Origin: an uncultured virus (IMG/VR IMGVR_UViG_3300020037_010720)
Lineage: Duplodnaviria; Heunggongvirae; Uroviricota; Caudoviricetes
Virus record (IMG/VR): IMGVR_UViG_3300020037_010720
Length of the DNA stretch: 20,000 nucleotides
Direction: 5' to 3' (one strand)
Shown: positions 1-6,828 of the stretch, piece by piece
Layout: each line of letters starts with the position of its first letter
Numbering within the stretch: the first letter of the stretch is position 1
Made by a program: the position numbers and the translations under genes
The notes under the pieces: model-generated
What the model saw: only the letters and a program-made list of their open reading frames with translations
The model's database searches: none
Told to the model about the DNA's origin: nothing

Positions 1-520
1 TGCAGGACACGGTCTTGTCCGCGTCGACCGAGATCTTGGTGATCGTGTTCTTGTCGACGTTGCCGTCGGGCCCGGTGGTCTCGCAGATCGCCCGGACGAC
101 CTTGGTGCCGATCTCGTCGGTGGCCCATGCGACCCCGTCGAGCAGCCGGAACGGGATGCCGTCCTTGTCGGTCGAGACGATCGTGTCCTTCTGGATCTCG
201 AGTGCGAAGGTGGCCTGGCGCGAGATCCAGATGTCGACCACCGCGGCGTTCTCGCGGAAGCGCTGGACCTGCGCGCCGGTGAGGTCGGAGACGAGGCGCT
301 CGGCCTCCTCATCGCCAGCGGTGCCCACGGTGGAGAGGAAGTGGCACAGGTCGAAGCGCGCGCTCTCCAGCGAGATCTCCTCGCCGGCGCCGCCGACGAG
401 GTTCATGAACACGTTTACGTCGCTGCCCTCGAGGTCCAGGGTCTCCGGCGAGTACAGGTCCGTGGTCGCCAGACAGCGTGCGCGCATCGCGAGTCGGATA
501 TCGTTTTGGCTGAGGCTCAT
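1..520 (-). CDS. Baseplate J-like (wedge) protein, 5' part; runs off the left edge of the window
   Basis: Not in the ORF track; translated by hand from ATG at 520 (ATGA overlap with the stop of 517..1398): MSLSQNDIRLAMRARCLATTDLYSPETLDLEGSDVNVFMNLVGGAGEEIS...EIQKDTIVSTDKDGIPFRLL...VRAICETTGPDGNVDKNTITKI. The EGS motif and the V.A...G.DGNV...TIT.I motif are typical of Baseplate_J; it follows a gp25-like gene. Confidence 0.8.
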   Translation of the reverse strand, partial: MSLSQNDIRLAMRARCLATTDLYSPETLDLEGSDVNVFMNLVGGAGEEISLESARFDLCHFLSTVGTAGDEEAERLVSDLTGAQVQRFRENAAVVDIWISRQATFALEIQKDTIVSTDKDGIPFRLLDGVAWATDEIGTKVVRAICETTGPDGNVDKNTITKISVDADKTVSC

Positions 521-1398
521 GGGATGGCCACGATCTGGCGAACAGTGGTAGGACCAAAGACCCGCACGTCCACGCGGGCCTCGATGTCGATGGTGTTCGA
601 GGCGGTGATGCGCGCGCTGACAATGCACGAGCGCACGTCCGGCTCCTGCAAGATCTGCCCGGCGATCGCATTCTCGAGGCGCTGCAAGTCACCGGGGCGG
701 ACGAGCGACTTGGGTCGGAAGTCGACCCCGTAGTTGCTGCCGTAGATCAGGTAGCGACCCCTGCCTGCGAACATGCGCCTGGCGATGCGCTTGCGAGTGC
801 TGGCGAGCCCGCCGTGCTTGACGAACTGCTGGCTCGGCGTGAGCTGCCAGCCCTGCAGCGCCGGCGCGCCGCTCTCGTCAAGCGCCATGAACTGGTTGGC
901 GACGTCGAGATAGAGGTCCTGGGCGGCCAGCAGGCCCGACTTCTTCGTCTCGGTCTTTTTGCTCGGCGTGAGGGCTCGGAAGCCGAATACGTTGGGCCCG
1001 GCAAAGACCTCGCCGTCGTCGCCGCGGACGAAGAGCACGGTGAGCTCGTAGTCGACCCACTTCTCGAGCGCGCAGTCCACGGTCAGGACGACCTGCTTCT
1101 CGTCCACGGAGTCGAGCGCCGCGTTCACGACCTCGGCGCCGTGGGTCGGCGCGAACTTCCCAGCGGGCACGAACTTGCCGCCGCCGGGGAGCTCCTCGGT
1201 CGGGTCGATGGGGATGAGCACGTAGTTCGCGTTGTCGCTGGCGTCGTCGAAGGCTCCGTCGTCCGCGAACTTCGGGTACGCGTCGAAGATGATGGAGAGC
1301 TCGGACATGCCGATTGGCACGACCCCCTTGATCGTGATGAGGCCCGGGCCGCCGTAGGGCCCGAGCTCGCTTCCGAGTGGATCGAGACCGAGGCCCAT
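517..1398 (-). CDS. Baseplate wedge protein: N-terminal Ig-like domain fused to a C-terminal gp25/GpW-like domain (293 aa)
   Basis: True start probably ATG at 1398 (MGLGLDPLG...; TGATG overlap with the upstream stop), not 1698. The C-terminus GLASTRKRIARRMFAGRGRYLIYGSNYGVDF...LENAIAGQILQEPDVRSCIVSARI fits a gp25-like pattern. Lies directly upstream of the J-like gene. Confidence 0.7.
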   Translation of the reverse strand: MGLGLDPLGSELGPYGGPGLITIKGVVPIGMSELSIIFDAYPKFADDGAFDDASDNANYVLIPIDPTEELPGGGKFVPAGKFAPTHGAEVVNAALDSVDEKQVVLTVDCALEKWVDYELTVLFVRGDDGEVFAGPNVFGFRALTPSKKTETKKSGLLAAQDLYLDVANQFMALDESGAPALQGWQLTPSQQFVKHGGLASTRKRIARRMFAGRGRYLIYGSNYGVDFRPKSLVRPGDLQRLENAIAGQILQEPDVRSCIVSARITASNTIDIEARVDVRVFGPTTVRQIVAIP

Positions 1399-2093
1399 CA
1401 GACGCGCTCCATGACGAGGTGACCGCGCGCGAGCTCGAGGACATCGCCGGTCGGGTCCGTGTCGAGGGTGGCGATGAGGTGCCACCGGTAGACCCCGTCG
1501 CCGGCGGTCGGGATGCCCGCGGTGGTCTCGCCGTCGAGCTTGATGGTGATGACCTGCATGTCGTCGACGACCTGGGTCGACGTCGAAAAGACCGCGATGG
1601 GGGCGTTGTCTTGGAGCACGTCGATGTCGACCTGGTCCTCTGGCGGGTCCGTGGTGGGCTGCTCGACCAAGCTCAGCGTGAAGTCGACGCCCGGCCACCA
1701 GCCCGCGACGACGATCTCGTGCGCGTCGGAACAGCTCGTGGCGCAGGCCCCGAGGATGAACCCTAGGCCCAGGGCCTTGATGGCCGCGATGAGCTTGCTC
1801 TGCAGCTGCTTCGCGCCTTCCCCTTGCAGGAGCTCGACCGAGATCTCGTGCTCGACGCCCATGTAGACGAGCAGGAAGACGTAGTCACCCGGCGCTGGCG
1901 GGTCTTTCAAGACCTCGATCTCGTAGGCCTTCGACTTGGGCGGCGCCGAGACCTGCGCGAGCAGGGTGCGACCCGTCAGCGACAGCGCCATGGTGTGGAG
2001 CGGGCTTTGCGGGTCGACCTGCTCGAAGGCCAGCTTCTTCACGAGCGGCAGGCCCGGGTGGGCCTTGAGATGCACGATGCGCTGGAAGGTCAT
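1398..2093 (-). CDS. Virion/baseplate accessory protein, BppU-N-like beta-sandwich with an internal insertion (231 aa)
   Basis: Translationally coupled on both sides (ATGA at 2090-2093, TGATG at 1396-1400). The pattern LTGRTLLAQV ... ITIKLDGETTAGIP...YRWHLIAT...GDVLELARGHLVM resembles phage BppU-like Ig folds. Confidence 0.5.
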   Translation of the reverse strand: MTFQRIVHLKAHPGLPLVKKLAFEQVDPQSPLHTMALSLTGRTLLAQVSAPPKSKAYEIEVLKDPPAPGDYVFLLVYMGVEHEISVELLQGEGAKQLQSKLIAAIKALGLGFILGACATSCSDAHEIVVAGWWPGVDFTLSLVEQPTTDPPEDQVDIDVLQDNAPIAVFSTSTQVVDDMQVITIKLDGETTAGIPTAGDGVYRWHLIATLDTDPTGDVLELARGHLVMERV

Positions 2094-3811
2094 GACGCGC
2101 CGCCGATCGAGACCTCGAAGTCCCAGGTCCAGCGAATGGTCTGGGCGGCGGCCCCGGTGATCGAGACGAGCAGCGTGTCCCCGGAGATGCTGATCCCGGC
2201 CGACCAGGTGTTTCCGATGCCGGTGGTCTGGGTCGAATCGGTGACGGCGGAGCCGACCATGGTGACGACTCCGGCGTCGTGGTTGTACGTGGCCCAGAAG
2301 TGCAGGGCTCGCTGGTCAGAGGTGCCGTTGCGCTTGCCCTTGAGCACGCCGCGGATCGTGCAGTCCTGTTCGCCTGGGACGCGCGTCAGCGTGGCGGTCG
2401 TCGGGGTCGCGTTGGTCGTGGTCAGCTGGTTTTGGACCCGGTCCGCCCAATTCGAGGTAGACGGGAACCCGGAGCACATGAGCTTCGCGTCCGGGTAGAG
2501 CAGGCGCATCCCGCCCGAGTAGTAGGCCGTCAGCTCGTTGTCGACGGTCGACTGCACGGAGGTCGCCGAGCCGTCCTTGAGCACCGCGGCGCCGTCGTTG
2601 GACACGCTGCCGGAGCGGCCGATCGCCACGCCGTACGTGCCGATGACCGTGTTGGAGCGGCCGATCGCCACGGCGTAGTCCGCGGTGGCGGAGTTCGTGT
2701 CGCCGAGTACCACACACGACTCGGCGCTGGCGAGGTTGCCGGAGCCTGCGGCGACGAAGCTGCGACGGCCAACGGCCTGGTTTTGGTACCCGCCCACGAC
2801 CGCGGCGTACTCGTCACCGGTGCTGTTCGATCCACCACCGGCGACGCAGGAGTCGCTGCCCAGCGCGGCATTGTCGGAGCCGCCGAGGACGGAGCTGTTG
2901 TTCTCGGAGGCGCTGTTGAGGTGGCCGCCGATGATGACCGCGTAGTCGCCAGAGGCCGCGTTCGTGTTGCCGCCTGAGACGATCGAGTAGGCACCTGTCG
3001 CGCTGTTGCCGTAGCCCCCGGGGATGACGCTGTAGTTGCCCGAGGCCAGGTTGTCGAGGCCGCCGCCGATCGTGGCGAAGTAGCCCTGGGTGCCGAAGCC
3101 CGGGAAGGACTCGGAGCCGAGGTTAGTCTGGCCGGTTCGGTCGTCGCGGCGCGTCGGCGTGAAGTTGGCCCGCACGGCGAGCAAGTTCTCCGGGAGGCCA
3201 TCGACGTCGAGAAGAGCCTGGACCCCGTTGAGCGTCAGCGTGGACAGGACGAGCGTGTCGCCCGCGCCGTTGTCCGTGAGGTCGAGCCCTTGCCCGACCG
3301 CGAGCTGCCGACTCGTGGGCAAGCCAGCCTCGGCGTCGACGGTGAGGAGCGTGCCGTCGACGCTGACCGAGACGCTGCGCAAGATGTCGATCAGGTCTTC
3401 CCAGTACCCGGTCTCGTTGGCGACCCCTGTGTACTCGCTGAGCCAGTTGGCCTCGTTGGTCTCGCCCTGCGCTGGGTAGCGCTGCCCGGCCCCGGACTTG
3501 ACGGCGAAGATGCGGACCTGCTTCTGCAATTTCCCGGTGCCCTCGTTGACGTACAGGACCAACGCGTACGAGCCGTCGTGATCCGGGGTGAACTGGCAGG
3601 TCGCGGACTTCGGCGAGGAGAGCACCGCCGTCGAGCCGCGCGGGCGCGCGAGCACCCAGAGGTGCTTGAGCACGTTGGTGTTGTCGGCGTTGCGGGCCGT
3701 GACGACCTGGCCGAGAACCCCGTCGTTGCGCGAGCGGCCTGGCGCGCCCGGGCCGAGCGTGACTTGGTCGATGACGATCGAGGCTTGGCCGAGCAGGGGG
3801 GCGGGGGGCAC
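2090..3811 (-). CDS. Tail fibre/adhesin-like protein: N-terminal PKD-like domain plus YadA-head-like beta-roll repeats (573 aa)
   Basis: N-terminal WVLARPRGSTAVLSSPKSATCQFTPDHDGSYALVLYVNEG is PKD/Ig-like; central 14-15-aa tandem repeats (xxSVIxGGxxNxAxG). GTG start at 3811 sits within the conserved upstream motif. Confidence 0.7.
   Translation of the reverse strand: MPPAPLLGQASIVIDQVTLGPGAPGRSRNDGVLGQVVTARNADNTNVLKHLWVLARPRGSTAVLSSPKSATCQFTPDHDGSYALVLYVNEGTGKLQKQVRIFAVKSGAGQRYPAQGETNEANWLSEYTGVANETGYWEDLIDILRSVSVSVDGTLLTVDAEAGLPTSRQLAVGQGLDLTDNGAGDTLVLSTLTLNGVQALLDVDGLPENLLAVRANFTPTRRDDRTGQTNLGSESFPGFGTQGYFATIGGGLDNLASGNYSVIPGGYGNSATGAYSIVSGGNTNAASGDYAVIIGGHLNSASENNSSVLGGSDNAALGSDSCVAGGGSNSTGDEYAAVVGGYQNQAVGRRSFVAAGSGNLASAESCVVLGDTNSATADYAVAIGRSNTVIGTYGVAIGRSGSVSNDGAAVLKDGSATSVQSTVDNELTAYYSGGMRLLYPDAKLMCSGFPSTSNWADRVQNQLTTTNATPTTATLTRVPGEQDCTIRGVLKGKRNGTSDQRALHFWATYNHDAGVVTMVGSAVTDSTQTTGIGNTWSAGISISGDTLLVSITGAAAQTIRWTWDFEVSIGGAS
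2597..3082 (-). repeat. Eleven tandem peptide repeats (8 x 15 aa, then 3 x 14 aa), beta-roll type
   Basis: YFATIGGGLDNLASG / NYSVIPGGYGNSATG / AYSIVSGGNTNAASG / DYAVIIGGHLNSASE / NNSSVLGGSDNAALG / SDSCVAGGGSNSTGD / EYAAVVGGYQNQAVG / RRSFVAAGSGNLASA / ESCVVLGDTNSATA / DYAVAIGRSNTVIG / TYGVAIGRSGSVSN. Confidence 0.85.
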
Positions 3812-3827
3812 GGCCGGACCCTACCAC
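3809..3827 (-). promoter_or_regulatory. Putative extended -10 leaderless promoter (copy 1): GTGGTAGGGTCCGGCC-GTG
   Basis: TGG-TAGGGT matches TGn-TAnnnT, with 6 nt between the hexamer and the GTG start and no Shine-Dalgarno in between; 18/19 identical to 11941..11959. Confidence 0.65.
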
Positions 3828-3878
3828 TCGCGGCGCGGGCGCCTGAATAACGACCCGGTGAGGCTCGTCGCCTGCGCG

Positions 3879-5141
3879 ATGGGAAAAACGACGATCGGCT
3901 GGACGGACGTGACGCTCCAGCTCTCCCGCGGCTGCGACCCGGTCTCGCCGGGCTGCGCGAACTGCTGGGCGGCCGAGATCGCCGCTCGCTTCTCGGGCCC
4001 GGGCCTCGCGTTCGAAGGCCTCGCCAAGTTCAAGACCGACGGGCGCCGCAAGCTCGCGGTCTGGACCAAAGCTCCGGTCCAGCTCGTGCCCGAGGCCATG
4101 CTCACGGCGCTGTCGTGGCGCAAGCCCAAGCGCGTGTTCGTGAACAGCGTGAGCGACCTGTTCCACGGCGACATCCCCTTCGAGTACATCGCGGCGTGGT
4201 GGGCGGTGATGGCCGCGACGCCGCACATCACCTACCAGATCGTCACCAAGCGAGCCGCGCGGATGCCCGTGTTCTTCGCGTGGACCAAGGACAACGGCGG
4301 CCCCGACCACTGGCTGCGCTGCGCGCTGGACGTGTTTCTCGAGCAGGCAGCGACGCATGCACGCGCCGGCAGAGCCGACGAGGCGAAGCAGTGGGCGAAG
4401 GCCAAGGTCCGGCTTTTCGAGGCCTTCAAGGCGGTGACCGCGACCGCCGAGCTCGTGCGCAAGACCACCCTGCTCGCCTTGCCCAACGTCTGGCTGCTGA
4501 CGAGCACGGAGAACCAGGAGACCTTCGACGAGCGGGTCCCGCACTTGCTGTCCTGCCCGGCGGTGGTCCACGGCGTGAGCGCGGAGCCGCTGCTGGGACC
4601 GATCGACATGGGGCTGGACCGCTGGGTCCGGCTCCCGCATGCAGTGCACTCGGACGGCTTCCCGGGCGTGCCGCTGCCAGCGCTGACAGTCGAGCCAGGC
4701 ATCTACAAGGCCAAGAGCAACCGGCTCGGCGCGCTGTCGGTCCGCGTGCGGCCCGGCGACCACGGCGAGCTCGGCATCAAGCCCGGCGAGTTCGAGCGCC
4801 TGCACCTACGCTGGGTCATCATGGGCGGCGAGAGCGGGGACAACGCCCGGCCGTGCGCCGAGGCCTGGATCACCAACATGGTGAGGCAGATCCGCGACGC
4901 GCGGGAGCATGGCGTGCCGGTCGCCGGGTTCGTGAAGCAGCTCGGCTCGCGCCCGACCGGCAGCCCCGACTGCACTGGCTGCGAGGGCGAGCAGTTTGAG
5001 GGCACGGCCTGCTTGCGCTGCGGGGACACCGTCGAGCTCGCGGATGGGATGCGGGTCCTGCACCTGCGCCACGGGAAGGGCGAGGACCCGGGCGAATGGT
5101 CCCCGGACCTGCGCGTCCAGGAGTTCCCGGTCCCGGCATAG
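3879..5141 (+). CDS. DUF5131 / phage Gp37Gp68 family radical-SAM-like protein (420 aa)
   Basis: Start at ATG 3879: MGKTTIGWTD...RGCDPVSPGCANCWA; also RVFVNSVSDLFH, ATPHITYQIVTKRAARM, LPNVWLLTSTENQ, SAEPLLGPID, WVIMGGESGDNARP, FVKQLG, LRVQEFP. These are hallmark motifs of the family. Confidence 0.92.
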   Translation: MGKTTIGWTDVTLQLSRGCDPVSPGCANCWAAEIAARFSGPGLAFEGLAKFKTDGRRKLAVWTKAPVQLVPEAMLTALSWRKPKRVFVNSVSDLFHGDIPFEYIAAWWAVMAATPHITYQIVTKRAARMPVFFAWTKDNGGPDHWLRCALDVFLEQAATHARAGRADEAKQWAKAKVRLFEAFKAVTATAELVRKTTLLALPNVWLLTSTENQETFDERVPHLLSCPAVVHGVSAEPLLGPIDMGLDRWVRLPHAVHSDGFPGVPLPALTVEPGIYKAKSNRLGALSVRVRPGDHGELGIKPGEFERLHLRWVIMGGESGDNARPCAEAWITNMVRQIRDAREHGVPVAGFVKQLGSRPTGSPDCTGCEGEQFEGTACLRCGDTVELADGMRVLHLRHGKGEDPGEWSPDLRVQEFPVPA

Positions 5142-5186
5142 CCTGCGCGTTGCAGGGCCCGGGCGATCTGCGCACGATGCCGCGGC

Positions 5187-5945
5187 TTGGCGGCAGGCAG
5201 ACGACCCAGGGTGCGGCTCGACCTCGTAGACGAGGGGCGGATCCAGCGCTTCCTCTACCCCGAGGCCGAGCGCATCCAGGCCGAGCGGCCACGCACGCGG
5301 AGCGACTGCATCGACGGGCCACGGCCCTGCCCTTGGGTCGGGTGCCGGCACCACATGTACCTGACCGTGGACGAGCGCGACGGCGCCATCACGCTCAACT
5401 TCCCCCACACCGAGGTGTGGGACCTGAAACATTCGTGCGCGCTCGACGTGGCCGACAGGGAGCTCGATGGGCTCTCGCTCGAGGACATCGGTGGGATGCA
5501 CGACCTGACCCGCGAGCGCACCCGCCAGATCGAGTTGTCCGCGCTCGAGAACATGGACGGCGAGGTCGGGGCGGAGCCGGTCAAGCAGGGCCCCGTGGCG
5601 ACGCGGAGCCGGCAGCACCGCCGCTGCGCGAAGGCCATCGCGCGCATGTCCGTGGTCATGCTCAAGCTCGCCAGGGCCCGCAACAGCACGAGCATCCGGG
5701 CCTTCGTGTCGACCTTGGAGCACGCGCGCAGCCTCGCCGACGTGGCTCGGGTCATCACGGTCTACCTCGCCGACGATCCGCAGCTCGACGTGCGAGCGGT
5801 CCGCGCCCTGCGCGGGCTCGCGTGCGCGGCCTCCGAGAGCGACCCCATGGCGTGGCCGATGCACCTGCTCGATGTGAACCGCGAGCTGGCCGCGCTGGAG
5901 GTCGAGCTCTCCCCTGGCAAGCCCGGGCACCTGCAGCAGGCCTGA
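5187..5945 (+). CDS. Cys/His-rich domain plus sigma70 region-4-type HTH DNA-binding protein (start uncertain: TTG 5187 or GTG 5211)
   Basis: RPRTRSDCIDGPRPCPWVGCRHH...SCALDVA is followed by LSLEDIGGMHDLTRERTRQIELSALENM, which matches the sigma70 region 4.2 consensus TLEEIG..FGLTRERIRQIE..AL.KL. No region 2 is recognisable. Confidence 0.8.
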   Translation: MAAGRRPRVRLDLVDEGRIQRFLYPEAERIQAERPRTRSDCIDGPRPCPWVGCRHHMYLTVDERDGAITLNFPHTEVWDLKHSCALDVADRELDGLSLEDIGGMHDLTRERTRQIELSALENMDGEVGAEPVKQGPVATRSRQHRRCAKAIARMSVVMLKLARARNSTSIRAFVSTLEHARSLADVARVITVYLADDPQLDVRAVRALRGLACAASESDPMAWPMHLLDVNRELAALEVELSPGKPGHLQQA

Positions 5946-5946
5946 G

Positions 5947-6828
5947 CTACGGTCCGTCGGTCGCGGTGTGCTTCGTGCTGGCCCGGACGTGGGCGGCCCT
6001 GATTTTGATGGGCCAGCTCTCCGGGTCGGCGTAGGGCCACGGCAGACCGAGGAAGGCCGCGATGAGCACGAGCAGGCCGTTGACCGTGAACATCCAGCCG
6101 AAGAAGTCCTCGTCGGTCAGGATGTTCGCCTCGATCGGGTCCTGGAACCGGACGATGCCGTCGCGGAGCTGCGGGGGCTGGGGTTCCTCGGACAGCGAGA
6201 TGTCGGGGATCGGGATGAAGGGGACAGCTGGGAGGTTGAGCGGGACCTCGCCGCCCACCACGAGCCCGGGCTCGGGGTTCGTCGTGAAGTCGGCCCCGAG
6301 GTGGACCCCGCCGTCGATGACGACCTGCGGGCCCTTGATGCGGACGCCCGAGCCGCCGCCCTGCAGCAGCATCTCGCCGCCGGCCTGAATAGCGAACACC
6401 TGGCCGTCGACGGTCCGCATCCATCGGAACTGGCGCACGACCTCGAAGCCGCCGACCTCCGTGGTCGTGTCGACGCCGCAGACCTGGTCCACGAGCTTGC
6501 GCTCGAGGTCCGCGAGCCGGGCCACGATGTACGGAGACGACTCGCTGTCCGGCCACAGGAGCACGACCGACTCGCCGGGCTCGACCGGGATGTAGTCGCC
6601 GGCGCCGGACCCGGTCTGCTGGTGGCACAGGTACGCGTTGACCTCGCCGCCGACCGCGAGCTCGACCTCGACAAGCACCTGACCGCCCTCGCGGCGCACG
6701 TACGCGAGCGTTGGGTCCTCGGGGTCGTAGCCGACGATGCCGAGCGACACGTAATTCATGAAGTCGGAGGGCTGCGGCGCCTCGGACTGCTCCGGCGCGG
6801 GCTGAATACGGTCCCAGCGCTGCGGCAT
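5947..6828 (-). CDS. Baseplate central spike / assembly protein V (gp5/gpV OB-fold type) (293 aa)
   Basis: Motif AYLCHQQTGSGAGDYIPVEPGESVVLLWPDSESSPYIVARL is typical of the gpV/gp5 OB domain; directly after the hub gene, with a TGATG overlap at 6826-6830. Confidence 0.72.
   Translation of the reverse strand: MPQRWDRIQPAPEQSEAPQPSDFMNYVSLGIVGYDPEDPTLAYVRREGGQVLVEVELAVGGEVNAYLCHQQTGSGAGDYIPVEPGESVVLLWPDSESSPYIVARLADLERKLVDQVCGVDTTTEVGGFEVVRQFRWMRTVDGQVFAIQAGGEMLLQGGGSGVRIKGPQVVIDGGVHLGADFTTNPEPGLVVGGEVPLNLPAVPFIPIPDISLSEEPQPPQLRDGIVRFQDPIEANILTDEDFFGWMFTVNGLLVLIAAFLGLPWPYADPESWPIKIRAAHVRASTKHTATDGP

Noticed and set aside
1399..1698. N-terminal extension of ORF 517..1698
   Set aside because: Arg/His-rich off-frame read of the 1398..2093 gene; ATG 1398 in a TGATG overlap is the better start.
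2597..3082. Periodic ~45-bp pattern considered as a CRISPR array or DGR repeat
   Set aside because: Repeats are degenerate at the DNA level and conserved only as peptide; no identical repeats with spacers, no cas or reverse transcriptase gene, and no template/variable repeat pair seen.
3588..3878. N-terminal extension of the DUF5131 ORF
   Set aside because: Overlaps the fibre gene antisense; the family N-terminus (T.I.WTD) starts right after ATG 3879.
5142..5156. Small hairpin CCTGC-GCGTT-GCAGG after the DUF5131 stop
   Set aside because: Only a 5-bp stem with no U-tract; insufficient to call a terminator.
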